NCBI GenBank assembly: GCA_965201075.1
Contig: CBDAVP010000008.1
Coordinates: 1 to 64,000 of the forward strand
Source of the DNA: Isosphaeraceae bacterium
GTDB lineage: Bacteria; Planctomycetota; Planctomycetia; Isosphaerales; Isosphaeraceae
Reading direction: 5' to 3'
Length of the DNA stretch: 64,000 nucleotides
Position numbers and translations under genes: made by a program. Below the pieces are notes generated by a model that was not told the origin of the DNA, did not search any database, and saw only the letters and a list, made by a program, of their open reading frames with translations. This document shows, in pieces, positions 49,108 through 60,935 of this stretch; position 1 is the first letter of the stretch; every line of letters begins with the position of its first letter.

Positions 49108-49692
49108 ATGACCACCGGCATTCAGCGTTGGTTCGCGACGACAACAACCGCCTTGCTCGTCCTGGCCGGATGCGCTCAGCCCGGCCCGCTCACGAGTCGG
49201 CGGACGATGGTGTCTCAGTTGAAGGCGAGCGTGGCCCAGACCCAGCAAGACAACGATCGCCTCAAGCGCGAGGTGGCCGACCTCCAGGTCGAGAACCGCC
49301 AGGTTGCCGACCGCCTCGACGAGGAGGAACAGGACAATGGCCAACTCCACGCCCGACTCGACGACGCCCGCTCGGCCTTGAGGTCGGAAGGCTCCTCACT
49401 GGCGGAGGTTTCGCCGCCGACATCACCGGCCGGTCGTCGAGGCAGCACGCGAACCGTTCCCGCCTCGAGATCCCCGAGGAGAGCCCCATTCGCCCGTATC
49501 CCCAGCCGGATCGAGGATTCCTCGATGGACGACCTGGAGGCGACGGAACCGTCCACAAGGAACGACCTCCCCTCGTCGCGAACCCGCGAGCGAGAGCGAG
49601 AGCCAAATCGAGAAGATCTCGGCCCGCAGACCCGCCGCGATCGGACCTCGCAATGGTTGCCGGTTCGCTCTGGAGATCGTGCCTTGCGTTGA
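49108..49692 (+). CDS. Hypothetical coiled-coil lipoprotein
   Basis: LAGC lipobox, heptad coiled coil, low-complexity tail. Confidence 0.65.
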   Translation: MTTGIQRWFATTTTALLVLAGCAQPGPLTSRRTMVSQLKASVAQTQQDNDRLKREVADLQVENRQVADRLDEEEQDNGQLHARLDDARSALRSEGSSLAEVSPPTSPAGRRGSTRTVPASRSPRRAPFARIPSRIEDSSMDDLEATEPSTRNDLPSSRTREREREPNREDLGPQTRRDRTSQWLPVRSGDRALR

Positions 49693-49732
49693 TGTCTGTT
49701 GGGCCAGCCGAGGTCGGGGTAAGATGGGCGGT

Positions 49733-50338
49733 ATGCTCACGATCATCGACTACGGAATGGGAAATCTGCGCAGTGTTCAGAAGGCGATCGAGGCTGTGGG
49801 GCATCACGCCGAGGTCACCTGCGACCCCGACCGCGTCCGCCGTGCCGCCAAGGTCGTGCTGCCAGGAGTGGGCGCGTTCGCCGACGCCATCGCGGTCCTG
49901 AGACAGACCGGGCTGGCCGACGCCTTTGTCGACGCCTGCCGAGCCGGGACCCCCTGCCTGGGCGTCTGCCTGGGCCTGCAACTCCTGTTCGACGTCAGCG
50001 AAGAAGACGGCGAACACGCCGGACTCGGCCTGCTTCCCGGCCGGGTCGTCCGCTTTTCGCCCCAACCTGGGATCAAGATTCCGCACATGGGCTGGAACAT
50101 TTTGCGGGTCAAGCGGTCGCACCCGGTGCTCAACGGCCTGGACGCCGAGCCGTCGGTCTACTTCGTCCACTCCTTCCACGCATCTCCGGCCGACCCCTCC
50201 GACGTGATCGCCGAATCGGACCATCCCACCCCCTTCGCCGCGATGGTTGGCCGCGACAACCTGGTGGCCTGCCAGTTCCACCCCGAGAAAAGTCAAAGGG
50301 CCGGATTGACCATGTACGCGAACTTCGCGGCATTGTGA
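49733..50338 (+). CDS. hisH: Imidazole glycerol phosphate synthase glutaminase subunit
   Basis: IIDYGMGNLRSV, LPGVGAF, GVCLGLQLL, IPHMGWN, YFVHSF, QFHPEKS. Confidence 0.96.
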   Translation: MLTIIDYGMGNLRSVQKAIEAVGHHAEVTCDPDRVRRAAKVVLPGVGAFADAIAVLRQTGLADAFVDACRAGTPCLGVCLGLQLLFDVSEEDGEHAGLGLLPGRVVRFSPQPGIKIPHMGWNILRVKRSHPVLNGLDAEPSVYFVHSFHASPADPSDVIAESDHPTPFAAMVGRDNLVACQFHPEKSQRAGLTMYANFAAL

Positions 50339-50350
50339 AGGAGCTTCGCA

Positions 50351-50938
50351 ATGGCAACCCTGCTAACCTCCGACACCTCCACACAGACGCTTCCCCGCTA
50401 CCGGTGGACCTCCGAGGAGTTCAAGAGGATCGTCGACCAGGGCATCCTTCGCGAAGACTCGCGAGCGTTCCTCTGGGACGGAGAGATTTACGAACCAATG
50501 GCGCGAAAACGGCCGCATATCAATGCGGACGGGTATTTGCTTCCGCTCATCCACCGGCTCTTTCCCGCCGAACTCTGGACCGTCGATCAGGACTCGACCC
50601 TCTTCCTGGACGACGGCTTCGAACCGCAACCCGACTTGATGGTCCTCCGCGGTCCGCGTTCCGATTATCGGGACCGAGTTCCCACGCCCGCCGATGTGGT
50701 CCTGCTGATCGAGTTCGCCTCGACCACTTATGCGTTCAACGCGGGGGCCGGTCTCCGTGGCTATGCCCGGGCGTGCATCGACCCTTACTGGATCGTGAAC
50801 CTCCCAGCCCAACGGTTCGAGGTCTACCAAAAGCCGGACCGCCTTGGCGGCCGTTACGCGATTCGGACGGATTATCCGGTCGGAACGTCCGTTCCTTGCG
50901 GCGAGGGGATCGTGGCTGTCTCCGAGGTGCTCCGCTGA
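50351..50938 (+). CDS. Uma2-family (DUF820) PD-(D/E)xK protein
   Basis: RWTSEEF, DGEIYEPM, EPQPDL, LLIE, YWIVNL. Confidence 0.8.
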   Translation: MATLLTSDTSTQTLPRYRWTSEEFKRIVDQGILREDSRAFLWDGEIYEPMARKRPHINADGYLLPLIHRLFPAELWTVDQDSTLFLDDGFEPQPDLMVLRGPRSDYRDRVPTPADVVLLIEFASTTYAFNAGAGLRGYARACIDPYWIVNLPAQRFEVYQKPDRLGGRYAIRTDYPVGTSVPCGEGIVAVSEVLR

Positions 50939-50982
50939 GCGTGGCCGACCCCAAATCAATCCCCCGAGAGCGAAGCCACCCC

Positions 50983-51474
50983 GTGAATCGACTCTACCTT
51001 GTGCGTCATGGGATCGCCGTCCCCCACGGAAGCCTCGAATACGCCGAGGACGACCGACCGCTGACCCCGAAGGGGGAAACACGCATCCGTCAGGTCGCCC
51101 GGGGCCTGCGGAGGCTCGGGGTGAAAGTGGACCACATCGTCACCAGTCCCCTCCCGCGGGCGGCCCGAACCGCGGAACTGGTCGCCGAGTCGCTCGGGAT
51201 AGCCGACGCGCTCGAAACTGCGGACGCGTTGCGTTCGGGTCAAACCGGTGACGCACTTCACGACTGGCTGTCGGGTCGGGCCGAGCCCCGCCTGATGATC
51301 GTCGGCCACAACCCGGGCTTTTCCGAACTGGCGGGAATCTTGACCAGCGGCGACACCCCATTGCCGGCCATCGAGTTACGCAAGGGGGGGGTCGCGGCGT
51401 TCGTCAAAGCGGGGGGCCCGGGGCGGTGGCGGCTCGACTGGCTAGCGAGACCCCGGCTCCTGCGTTGCCTCTGA
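50983..51474 (+). CDS. sixA: Phosphohistidine phosphatase
   Basis: LYLVRHG, RPLT.KG, TSPLPRA..TA, VGHNP. Confidence 0.85.
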   Translation: MNRLYLVRHGIAVPHGSLEYAEDDRPLTPKGETRIRQVARGLRRLGVKVDHIVTSPLPRAARTAELVAESLGIADALETADALRSGQTGDALHDWLSGRAEPRLMIVGHNPGFSELAGILTSGDTPLPAIELRKGGVAAFVKAGGPGRWRLDWLARPRLLRCL

Positions 51475-51773
51475 TTCGAGGGATCGACCGACCCGATGAG
51501 CTGCCCTCGGCGAGACTTTGTCTCCTCTCGACTCTCAATGGCCATGTTTTCCGTTCCGACGACCCCGTTCCGTCGAGACCACGCCCAGCCTTAAGAGCGT
51601 GGGCACTGGGGGTTGGGATTGCGGACGCCCGACGGTTGTGTGACGATGAGCCACTGACATGCCCCCCAACGCGCGCCAATCGACCCGCCGGCTTGCTCGG
51701 TGCGTATAATGGGGAGAACTGATCCGGCCCGTCGTCCAGGGCCGTGCGTTTTCGAGGGGAAGGAGAGCGACCG

Positions 51774-52103
51774 ATGGGCGTCACGCTGAGCGAGAAGGCC
51801 GCCACCGAGGTCAAGAAGATTTACCTCGAGCAAAACCTGCCCGAGACCACGGTCCTGCGGGTCGGCGTCAAGGGGGGCGGCTGCTCCGGCTTCGCCTATA
51901 GCCTCGACTTCGACCACGAGACCACCGACCGCGACCGCGTGATCGAGGTCCACGGCGTGAAGCTCGCCGTCGACAAGAAGTTCGACCCGTACCTCGACGG
52001 CACCGTCGTGGACTATTACAACGACATCGAGAAGCGGGGCTTCGTCTTCAATAACCCCAACGTGGTCAAGTCCTGCGGCTGCGGCAGTTCCTTCCAGGTC
52101 TAA
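51774..52103 (+). CDS. HesB/IscA-family A-type Fe-S carrier
   Basis: [36 protein letters not shown] at 51705. Confidence 0.93.
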   Translation: MGVTLSEKAATEVKKIYLEQNLPETTVLRVGVKGGGCSGFAYSLDFDHETTDRDRVIEVHGVKLAVDKKFDPYLDGTVVDYYNDIEKRGFVFNNPNVVKSCGCGSSFQV

Positions 52104-52132
52104 CCCGCGACCGACCTCTGAAACACGCGACG

Positions 52133-52166
52133 GCCCGGGACCGAGGCATTCGGTCCCGGGCTTTTT
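52133..52166 (+). terminator. Rho-independent terminator
   Basis: GCCCGGGACCGA-GGCAT-TCGGTCCCGGGC-TTTTT. Confidence 0.85.
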
Positions 52167-52627
52167 CGCGCGCTGGGACCGGGCGGTTCCCACGCCGAGG
52201 ACCGTCGCTCACTCACGCGGGAAACCACGGCGGCATGCGGAGCGCCATCGTGGTCCGCGTCTCAGGCGGGATGTTCGAAGGTCTCAACCGCAGGGATTTC
52301 CTTCATCCTCGCGGACGATGGTCTTCCGCCACGTCCGCCCTTGAGATCGCGATCTCACATTCTCCCAATCACCCCAAACCGCCAGGACGTAGGAGGTTCG
52401 CCGAACCTTCGGATTTCGAGACTCTCCCCTTGACTGAGCGAGGGCGGATCGTGTTAGTATTGGCATCCCTAATACAACGCGGGCCCACTATCGAACTTTT
52501 GCACGCCGCCTCTCCTGCTTGGCGTCAAACTTGGGCCTGGACGGGCGGATAACCTTTCTCTTGGGGAAGGATTTGGGCCTGTCGAGACGTTTCGTGGTGG
52601 CAGGTCGTGGGGGTGACCGGTTCGGCC

Positions 52628-53593
52628 ATGCAACTGGAAGCCCTCAAGATCTTTTGCGACGTGGTCCGGTGGGCGAACTTCTCCAAGGGAGCGGCCGAAA
52701 ATGGAATCTCGCAGTCGTCAGCCAGCCAGGCAGTGCATCAGTTGGAGTTGCGTCTAGGAGTCAAGCTGATCGACCGTTCGAAGCGACCGCTGATCCCGAC
52801 GGCCCACGGCCGGGTCTTTTACGAGGGGTGCAAGGATTTGGTGGCGCGTTACGCCGAGATCGAGGCTCGGGTCAAGGCTCTGGGAGATGAGCGCAACGTC
52901 GTGGGGACGGTGCGCGTGGCCTCGATTTACTCGGTGGGCTTGCACCACCTAACCCGCTACGCCGAGGCGTTTCGGGCCCAACACGCAGCCGCCGACGTGC
53001 GTCTCGAGTTCCTTCACCCCACCCGGGTCGTCGAGGCCGTTTCCCAGGAGGAAGCGGACCTGGGCTTGATCTCGTTTCCCAAGAAGTGGCCGGGTCTGGT
53101 GGCGATCCCCTGGCGGGACGAAGCGATGGTCGTGGCCGTCCATCCTTCGCATCGCTACGCCCAGTTGGACGCCCTGGACGTCGGCCAACTCGACGGCGAG
53201 AAGTTCATTAGCTTCGACGCCGGGTTGCCGATCCGCCGAGCCGTTGACCGTTTCCTCCGCCGCCACGGCGTTCAGGTCGAAATGTCCCTGGAATTCGACA
53301 ACATCGAGAACATCAAACGCGCAGTCGAAATTCCCGCCGGCGTGGCGATCCTGCCCGCCCCTACCCTGACCCGAGAACTGATGGCCCGCACCCTGGCGGC
53401 CGTCCCCCTCCGCGACCAGACGCTGACCCGCCCCCTGGCGATCATTCATCGCCGAGACGCCAGCCTTGGCATCACCGCCCAGCGCTTCCTGGAACTTCTG
53501 ACCGCGACCCCCGACGCCGATCGCGGGACCGATGCCCCCCCGCCTCGACGCCTCGAGCCGACGGGCCTGGCCGTCAAGGACCACCTCGCATGA
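52628..53593 (+). CDS. LysR-family transcriptional regulator
   Basis: [32 protein letters not shown]; overlaps the gltB start by 4 bp. Confidence 0.9.
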   Translation: MQLEALKIFCDVVRWANFSKGAAENGISQSSASQAVHQLELRLGVKLIDRSKRPLIPTAHGRVFYEGCKDLVARYAEIEARVKALGDERNVVGTVRVASIYSVGLHHLTRYAEAFRAQHAAADVRLEFLHPTRVVEAVSQEEADLGLISFPKKWPGLVAIPWRDEAMVVAVHPSHRYAQLDALDVGQLDGEKFISFDAGLPIRRAVDRFLRRHGVQVEMSLEFDNIENIKRAVEIPAGVAILPAPTLTRELMARTLAAVPLRDQTLTRPLAIIHRRDASLGITAQRFLELLTATPDADRGTDAPPPRRLEPTGLAVKDHLA

Positions 53594-56500
53594 GCATCCC
53601 CGGATTCCCGGAAGCCCAAGGCCTCTATGACCCCCGCCACGAACGCGACGCCTGCGGCGTGGGATTCCTCGTCGACATGAAAGGGCGAGCCACCCACAAG
53701 ATTGTCCGCGATGGCATCACCGCGCTCATTAACCTCGACCACCGAGGGGCCACCGGCGCCGAGTGCAACACTGGCGACGGCGCCGGCATCCTGATCCTGA
53801 TGCCCCACGCCTTCCTCGCCCGCCGCTTCGCCGACGACTGCGAAATCACCCTGCCCGAGCCCTTGAAGTACGGAATTGGCGCCCTGTTCGCCTCGCCCGA
53901 CCCCCAGCAACAGGCCTTCGGTCGACGGATGTTCGAGGTCATTGCCGCCGAGGAGGGCCAGCGAGTCCTCGGCTGGCGGACCCTCAAGGTCGACAACTCG
54001 GACCTCGGCGAGACCGCCCGGGGCGTCGAGCCGGCGATGCTTCACGTCGCCCTGGAGTCGTCCTGCGACGACCCCGACCGCTTCGAGCGCAAGCTCTACG
54101 TCATCCGCAAGCGGTTCGAGTCGGCCATCGAGAGTTCGGGCCTCGACGACCGCAAATACTTCTACTTCGCCAGCCTGTCGTGCCGAACCTTGGTCTACAA
54201 GGGGATGCTCACCCCCCACCAGGTCGCCAGCTACTTCGCCGACGACCTTGAAGCCCCCGACCTCGCCAGCGCCTTGTGCCTGTTTCACTCGCGGTTCAGC
54301 ACCAACACCTTCCCCAGTTGGGAACTCGCGCACCCCTATCGGATGATCGCCCATAACGGCGAGATCAACACGCTCCGCGGCAACCTCAACTGGATGCGTG
54401 CCCGAGAGGCCCTCTTCGAGGGGGGCGTTTTCGACCCTGGCGACGTCGCCAAACTCCTGCCGGTCATTCGCGAGGGCCTCAGTGACACGGCCTGCCTCGA
54501 CAACGCGGTGGAACTGCTCATCAAGGCCGGGTACAGCCCCGCCCACGCGATGATGATGCTGATGCCCGAAGCCTGGGAAAATCATGAGACCATGTCCCAG
54601 GTCAAGAAGGACTTCTACCAGTTCCACGCCTGCCTGATGGAGCCCTGGGACGGCCCCGCGTCGGTCGGCTTCACCGACGGCAAGACCATCGGCGCCGTGC
54701 TCGACCGCAACGGTCTGCGGCCCGGCCGCTACGTCGTGACCAAGGACGACCTGGTCATCATGGCCTCCGAGGTCGGCGTCCTGCCGATCCCCCCCGAGGA
54801 CATCGTGCTCAAGGGCCGGCTCGAACCGGGCCGGATGTTCCTGGTCGACATGACGGCCGGCCGAATCGTCGACGACCACGAACTGAAGCATGGCATCGCC
54901 GAGGCCAGGCCCTACGGAAAATGGTTGGCCGAGCACCTCGTCCCCCTGGCCGACCTGCCCGAGGCCCCGCACGTCCCCGGCCCCGACCACGACACCTTGC
55001 TGCACCGCCAGCAGGCGTTCGGCTACACCCTGGAAGACCTCAAGTACATCCTCACGCCGATGGGCAACGTCGGCGAGGAAGCGATCGGCTCGATGGGGAC
55101 GGACACACCCCTGGCTGTGCTTTCGGATCGGGCCCAGCCGATCTTCAACTACTTCCAGCAGTTGTTCGCCCAGGTCACGAATCCGCCACTCGACGCGATC
55201 CGCGAGGAACTCGTCACCTCGGTCCTGACCGTCACCGGCGGCGAGGGGAACCTGCTCGACCCGGTGCCCACGGCCTCGAACCTGATCGCTTTGGAAACGC
55301 CCATTCTCGACAACGACGAAACCGCCCGGCTCAAGCAACTCGAAGGCTGGCGAGGCTTCAAGTCGGCCATCCTGCCGATGACCTTCCCCGCCGCCGAGGG
55401 GGCCGCCGGCCTTGAACAATCGCTGGAGGCGGTCTTCGACATGGCCGTCGCCGCGATCCACGACGGCGCCAATCTCTTGATCCTCTCCGACCGTGGAGTC
55501 GACGCCCAGAACGCCCCAATTCCCTCGCTCCTGGCCTGTTCAGGGTTGCACCACCACCTCGTTCGCCAGGGTTTACGCACCCGAGCCGGCCTGATTGTCG
55601 AGTGCGGAGACGCCCGCGAAAACCACCACTTCGCCCTTCTGCTGGGCTACGGAGCTGGGGCGATCAACCCCTACGTCGCGTTCGAGACTCTCGACGACAT
55701 GATCCAGCAGGGGATGATGAAGGAGGGGGTCGACCATGACGCCGCCGTCCAGAAGTACCGCAAGGCGATCAAGAAAGGGGTCGTCAAGGTGATGTCCAAG
55801 ATGGGCATCAGCACGATCCAGAGCTACCGAGGCGCCCAGATCTTCGAGGCGATCGGCCTGGGCGAGGAACTCGTCGCCAAGTATTTCGATAAAACCGCCT
55901 CGCGCATCGGTGGAGTCGGCCTGGAGGAGATCACCCGAGAAGCCCTGCACCACCACGGACGGGCTTACGCCGACCGAGAGGTCGGACCGGCCATCCTCGA
56001 CTGGGGCGGCCAGTACCAGTGGCGCCGAGAAGGGGAATTTCACCTCTTCAACCCCGAAACGGTTTTCCGCCTCCAGCACGCCACCCGCACCGGCCGCTAC
56101 GACATCTTCAAGGCGTACACCAAGCTCATCGACGACCATGGGGAGCGGCACAGCACCCTCCGCGGTCTGTTCGACTTCCGCAAGGACTTGCTCCCGTCGG
56201 TCCCCATTGAAGAAGTCGAGCCCATCGAGACAATCGTCCGCCGCTTCGCCACCGGGGCCATGTCTTATGGGTCGATCAGCGCCGAGGCTCACGAAACCCT
56301 CGCCATCGCCATGAACCGCCTGGGGGGCCGGAGCAATACCGGTGAAGGGGGCGAGGATCCCGAGCGGTTCCTCCCCCTGCCCAATGGCGACAGCAAGCGT
56401 AGCGCCGTCAAGCAGGTCGCCTCGGGCCGCTTCGGCGTCACGAGCCACTACCTGGTCAACGCCGACGAGATCCAGATCAAGATGGCGCAGGGGGCCAAGC

Positions 56501-58155
56501 CTGGCGAGGGAGGGCAACTTCCCGGCCACAAGGTTTGGCCCTGGATCGCCAAGGTCCGCTTCTCCACGCCCGGCGTGGCGTTGATCAGCCCTCCGCCTCA
56601 TCACGACATTTACTCGATCGAGGATCTGGCCCAACTGATCCATGACCTCAAGAACGCTAATCCCCGGGCCCGGATCAGCGTCAAGCTCGTGGCCGAGGTG
56701 GGCGTCGGTACGGTCGCCGCGGGAGTCGCCAAGGCTCACAGCGACGTCATCCTCATCTCCGGACACGACGGCGGCACCGGCGCCAGTCCTTTGACGTCAC
56801 TGAAGCACGCCGGCATCCCGTGGGAGCTAGGCCTGGCCGAAACCCAGCAAACGCTGGTACTCAACAAGCTGCGTGACCGCGTCGTCGTGCAGACCGACGG
56901 CCAGTTGAAGACCGGCCGGGACGTGGTGATCGCCGCCCTGCTGGGCGCCGAGGAATACGGCTTCGCCACCGCCCCGTTGGTGGTCATGGGCTGCATCATG
57001 ATGAGGGTCTGCCACCTCGACACCTGCCCGGTCGGCATCGCCACCCAGAACCCCAAACTCCGCGAACGATTCGCCGGCAAGGCCGAGCACGTCGTCGACT
57101 TCTTCCGCTTCATCGCCCAGGAAGTCCGCGAGCTGATGGCCGAGCTCGGTTTCCGCACGATCGACGAGATGATCGGCCGGTCCGACCTTCTTGACACCAA
57201 GCGAGCCGTCGGCCACTTCAAGTCGCAAGGGCTGGACTTCAGCAAGATCTTCTACCGGCCTCACGTCAGCCCCGACGTTGCCGTCCGCCGCGTCATCGAA
57301 CAGGACCACGGCCTCGACCGAGCCCTCGACCAACAAATCCTGCCCCTCGTGGCGCCGGCCCTCGATCGCGGCGAGGCCGTCGACATTTCCCTGGCCGTCC
57401 AGAACGTCAACCGCACAGTCGGCACGATCACCGGCAGCGAACTGAGCCGCAAGTACGGCGCGACGGGTCTGCCGGATGACACCATCACCCTGCGATTTCA
57501 AGGTTCGGCCGGCCAGAGCTTCGGGGCGTTCGTGCCTCGGGGCATGACGATGATCCTGGAGGGAGATTCCAACGACTACGTCGGCAAGGGCCTCTCTGGA
57601 GGCAAGATCGTCATCTTCCCGTCCAAGGCCGCCTCGTTCGTCCCCGAGGACAACATCCTGATCGGCAACGTCGCCCTCTATGGAGCCACCGCCGGCCGGG
57701 CGTTCTTCCGAGGTCGCGCCGGCGAACGCTTCTGCGTCCGCAACAGCGGGGCTTTGGCGGTCGTCGAGGGAACCGGCGACCACGCCTGCGAGTACATGAC
57801 CGGCGGCGTCGCGGTCGTCCTCGGACCGACGGGCCGCAACTTCGCAGCGGGGATGAGTGGCGGCGCGGCCTTCGTCCTGGACGAGGCGGGTACATTCCCC
57901 CAGCGCTGCAACCTAGAGATGGTCGACCTCGAACCGCTCCGGGAGCCCAAGGACATCGAGACCGTGCGTGACCTCTTGATCCAGCATGCCGGCTACACCG
58001 GCAGCACGGTCGCCGCCCGCCTGCTGGGCGACTGGGAGTCCAGTGTCGATCATTTCGTCAAGGTCATGCCCGTGGATTATCGCCGCGTCCTGGAAGAGCG
58101 GATCCGCGAATCCAACAAGCAAGCTGGCGTCCAGGTGGAGGTGAGCGGTGGGTAA
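53590..58155 (+). CDS. gltB: Glutamate synthase large subunit
   Basis: [49 protein letters not shown]. Confidence 0.98.
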   Translation: MSIPGFPEAQGLYDPRHERDACGVGFLVDMKGRATHKIVRDGITALINLDHRGATGAECNTGDGAGILILMPHAFLARRFADDCEITLPEPLKYGIGALFASPDPQQQAFGRRMFEVIAAEEGQRVLGWRTLKVDNSDLGETARGVEPAMLHVALESSCDDPDRFERKLYVIRKRFESAIESSGLDDRKYFYFASLSCRTLVYKGMLTPHQVASYFADDLEAPDLASALCLFHSRFSTNTFPSWELAHPYRMIAHNGEINTLRGNLNWMRAREALFEGGVFDPGDVAKLLPVIREGLSDTACLDNAVELLIKAGYSPAHAMMMLMPEAWENHETMSQVKKDFYQFHACLMEPWDGPASVGFTDGKTIGAVLDRNGLRPGRYVVTKDDLVIMASEVGVLPIPPEDIVLKGRLEPGRMFLVDMTAGRIVDDHELKHGIAEARPYGKWLAEHLVPLADLPEAPHVPGPDHDTLLHRQQAFGYTLEDLKYILTPMGNVGEEAIGSMGTDTPLAVLSDRAQPIFNYFQQLFAQVTNPPLDAIREELVTSVLTVTGGEGNLLDPVPTASNLIALETPILDNDETARLKQLEGWRGFKSAILPMTFPAAEGAAGLEQSLEAVFDMAVAAIHDGANLLILSDRGVDAQNAPIPSLLACSGLHHHLVRQGLRTRAGLIVECGDARENHHFALLLGYGAGAINPYVAFETLDDMIQQGMMKEGVDHDAAVQKYRKAIKKGVVKVMSKMGISTIQSYRGAQIFEAIGLGEELVAKYFDKTASRIGGVGLEEITREALHHHGRAYADREVGPAILDWGGQYQWRREGEFHLFNPETVFRLQHATRTGRYDIFKAYTKLIDDHGERHSTLRGLFDFRKDLLPSVPIEEVEPIETIVRRFATGAMSYGSISAEAHETLAIAMNRLGGRSNTGEGGEDPERFLPLPNGDSKRSAVKQVASGRFGVTSHYLVNADEIQIKMAQGAKPGEGGQLPGHKVWPWIAKVRFSTPGVALISPPPHHDIYSIEDLAQLIHDLKNANPRARISVKLVAEVGVGTVAAGVAKAHSDVILISGHDGGTGASPLTSLKHAGIPWELGLAETQQTLVLNKLRDRVVVQTDGQLKTGRDVVIAALLGAEEYGFATAPLVVMGCIMMRVCHLDTCPVGIATQNPKLRERFAGKAEHVVDFFRFIAQEVRELMAELGFRTIDEMIGRSDLLDTKRAVGHFKSQGLDFSKIFYRPHVSPDVAVRRVIEQDHGLDRALDQQILPLVAPALDRGEAVDISLAVQNVNRTVGTITGSELSRKYGATGLPDDTITLRFQGSAGQSFGAFVPRGMTMILEGDSNDYVGKGLSGGKIVIFPSKAASFVPEDNILIGNVALYGATAGRAFFRGRAGERFCVRNSGALAVVEGTGDHACEYMTGGVAVVLGPTGRNFAAGMSGGAAFVLDEAGTFPQRCNLEMVDLEPLREPKDIETVRDLLIQHAGYTGSTVAARLLGDWESSVDHFVKVMPVDYRRVLEERIRESNKQAGVQVEVSGG

Positions 58156-59620
58156 GCCGACCGGATTTCTGGAGTTTCCCCGAGAGTTGCCGACCCGCCG
58201 GCCGGTCCCCGACCGCCTGCGAGACTCCCTCGAAGTGTACAATCCGATGCCGGTGAACGCCCTCCGAGACCAGGGCGCCCGCTGCATGGACTGCGGCATC
58301 CCGTTCTGCCACCAGGGCTGTCCACTAGGCAACCTCATCCCCGACTGGAACGACCTGGTCTTCCGCGACCAGTGGCGGGCCGCCATCGACCGCCTACACG
58401 CCACCAACAACTTTCCCGAGTTCACCGGCACCCTCTGCCCGGCCCCCTGCGAGGCGTCCTGCGTCCTGGGGATCAACAGCGACCCGGTCACGATCAAGCA
58501 GATCGAACTCGCCATTGTCGACCGCGCCTGGGATGAAGGCTGGATCGTCCCCGAGCCTCCCAGGGTCAAGACGGGCAAGGCCATTGCCATCGTGGGTTCG
58601 GGTCCCGCGGGCCTTGCCGCCGCTCAACAACTCGCCCGCGCCGGTCACGACGTCACGGTCTTCGAGCGGGCCGACCGCATCGGCGGCTTGCTCCGCTACG
58701 GCATCCCCGATTTCAAAATGGAGAAATGGCGTCTCGACCGACGGATCGAACAACTTGAAGCCGAGGGGGTCACATTCCAGGCCGGCGTCAACGTCGGAGT
58801 GGACTTGCCCGCCGACCGACTCCTGGCCGAGTTCGACGCGATCTGCCTCTGCGGAGGCGCCACCGCCGGCCGAGACCTACCGATCCCCGGCCGAGACCTG
58901 CAAGGAATTCACCTGGCGATGGACTTCCTGCCCACCCAGAACCGCCGGGTGGCCGGCGACTCGGTGGAGGACCACGCCTTCAACCACGCCAGCGACAAGC
59001 ACGTCGTGATCATCGGCGGCGGCGACACCGGCGCCGACTGCCTGGGCACGGTCCACCGCCACGGTTGCGCCAGCGTCCACCAGTTCGAAATCGTCCCCCG
59101 TCCCCCCGAAAGCCGGGCCCCGCTGAACCCCTGGCCCCAGTGGTCCAACGTCTTCCGCGTCTCCTCGGCCCACGAGGAAGGCGGCGACCGCGAGTACTCC
59201 ATCAACACCAAGCGATTCGTCGGCGAGGGCGGCCGCGTTACCGCCCTGGAAACCGTCCAGGTCGAGGTCAAAACCGTGGACGGTCGAATGACCTTCGCCG
59301 AGGTCCCCGGCACCGAGCGCACCTTCCCGGCCGACTTGGTCCTGCTGGCGATGGGCTTCACCGGCCCCGAACGCCCCGGCCTGCTCGAAGGGCTGGGCGT
59401 CGAACTCGACCGGATGGGTAACGTCATCTCCGACGCCGACAAAAAAACCAGCGTCCCCAAGGTCTTCGCCGCCGGAGACGTCACCCGGGGCCAAAGCCTC
59501 ATCGTCTGGGCGATCGCCGAGGGCCGTCACGCCGCCCAAACCATTGACGAAACCCTGATGGGCCGCTCCGACCTTCCCAAGCCCCTCGACCACGGCAACC
59601 ACATGCGGCCCTTTATCTGA
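58148..59620 (+). CDS. gltD: Glutamate synthase small subunit
   Basis: [37 protein letters not shown]. Confidence 0.97.
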   Translation: MGKPTGFLEFPRELPTRRPVPDRLRDSLEVYNPMPVNALRDQGARCMDCGIPFCHQGCPLGNLIPDWNDLVFRDQWRAAIDRLHATNNFPEFTGTLCPAPCEASCVLGINSDPVTIKQIELAIVDRAWDEGWIVPEPPRVKTGKAIAIVGSGPAGLAAAQQLARAGHDVTVFERADRIGGLLRYGIPDFKMEKWRLDRRIEQLEAEGVTFQAGVNVGVDLPADRLLAEFDAICLCGGATAGRDLPIPGRDLQGIHLAMDFLPTQNRRVAGDSVEDHAFNHASDKHVVIIGGGDTGADCLGTVHRHGCASVHQFEIVPRPPESRAPLNPWPQWSNVFRVSSAHEEGGDREYSINTKRFVGEGGRVTALETVQVEVKTVDGRMTFAEVPGTERTFPADLVLLAMGFTGPERPGLLEGLGVELDRMGNVISDADKKTSVPKVFAAGDVTRGQSLIVWAIAEGRHAAQTIDETLMGRSDLPKPLDHGNHMRPFI

Positions 59621-59643
59621 CGCAGACGGCGCCGGGTATCACC

Positions 59644-60813
59644 TCAATCCCGGCCCGAGTCAGCTTCTCGAATGGAAGCGGTTCCCTCGACCAGCGGCCG
59701 ACCCATCGGCACATGCGGTCTTCGCATGGGCTGGCGTTCTTCGACACTCGGCGACGCGGTCCATCGGTGCCCCAGACCGATCAGCGGCTGTTCCACCAGT
59801 CGATAACTGATCGCCGCGCAGGCGAACGTCGCCACCCAGTTCCAAGGCCACAACTGGACCCACCCCAGCGGTGGATGCGGCAACAGCTTCGGCGGCACCA
59901 GGAACAATTGCTGCCAGAGGTAGAGGCTATACGACAGCTTCCCCACCGCCTGCAATGGCCCACACTCCAAAAACCGCCCCACCCACGTCCCGGGGTGGAG
60001 CACCGTCGCGGCCAGGGCGAAGGGCACCAGGAAGCCCAGCATCACCTGACCCATTGGCAGCTTGGACACGGCGACCACTCCCAGCAACGCCACAAACCCC
60101 ACTCCCCGCCAGCCCGAAAGCCAGCGAGTCATTCGCTCTCTCCTGGCGGGCTCCACCAACACCAGCGCCATCCAGCAGCCCCAGAGCAGCCCGCCCAGCC
60201 GGACGTCCGTCCGATGCTCCGGCGGGACCGGCCAAACTCGTTCCAGACAGTGCCAACGCGCCTCGCCGATGCCCCAGGCCGCGAACAGCAATGCGAGCAC
60301 CAGGATCCGCCGCCGGGCCTCGCTTGCCGCCCCCAACAGCATCAGCGCCGGCCACAATAAATAGAAATGCTCCTCCACCGCCAGCGACCAGAAATGCCCC
60401 GTGAACCATCCCTCCCCCGACAAACCAGGTAAATAGTTGCGGACGTATAGAAGGCTCGACCACCACTCCCAACGCGCCACGGGCAACGGAACCGTTTCCG
60501 TCAACAGGCCAAGCACGCCAAGAAAAACCAGGGACGCCGGAATGATCCGAAACGTCCGGCGCACGTAAAATCGGCGTAGATCGACGCGACCCGTTCTCCG
60601 ACGTTCCTCGGCCAGCTTTGAGCAGATCAGCAACCCGCTGATCCCGAAAAACACATCCACTCCCGTCTCGCCACGGAGTGCCCAGTCGTACCACGTCCGG
60701 TTCGGGCAAATCCCACCACTTGGGGCGAACAAGGTCGCGGAACCGTGGCAAAGGAGTACCGCGAGGATTGCGATCCCCCGCCATCCATTCAACGTCGGCA
60801 GATAGCCGGACAT
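59644..60813 (-). CDS. Acyltransferase-3 (OafA-like) membrane O-acyltransferase
   Basis: LNGWRGIA, GVDVFFGISG, FYVRR..RI, HFWSLAVEEHFY, SYSLYLWQ, SYRLVEQP. Confidence 0.88.
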   Translation of the reverse strand: MSGYLPTLNGWRGIAILAVLLCHGSATLFAPSGGICPNRTWYDWALRGETGVDVFFGISGLLICSKLAEERRRTGRVDLRRFYVRRTFRIIPASLVFLGVLGLLTETVPLPVARWEWWSSLLYVRNYLPGLSGEGWFTGHFWSLAVEEHFYLLWPALMLLGAASEARRRILVLALLFAAWGIGEARWHCLERVWPVPPEHRTDVRLGGLLWGCWMALVLVEPARRERMTRWLSGWRGVGFVALLGVVAVSKLPMGQVMLGFLVPFALAATVLHPGTWVGRFLECGPLQAVGKLSYSLYLWQQLFLVPPKLLPHPPLGWVQLWPWNWVATFACAAISYRLVEQPLIGLGHRWTASPSVEERQPMRRPHVPMGRPLVEGTASIREADSGRD

Positions 60814-60827
60814 TGGCGACCTCAACC

Positions 60828-60838
60828 GGGGGGGGGGG
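60828..60838. repeat. G11 homopolymer (C11 on the coding strand) just upstream of the acyltransferase RBS
   Basis: Read directly. Confidence 0.85.
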
Positions 60839-60935
60839 AAAGGCGGGGACGTTGAAAACGTCCGCCAAATCTCAAGTCGCGAAACCAAAGCCCGAAAAAG
60901 GCCCTGGGAAAATCGACCATTCAGCGGGTCGGACT

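Noticed and set aside
52456..52475. Imperfect palindrome GTATTGG-N5-CTAATAC upstream of LysR-gltBD
   Set aside because: A plausible regulator site, but too short and imperfect to support without comparative data.
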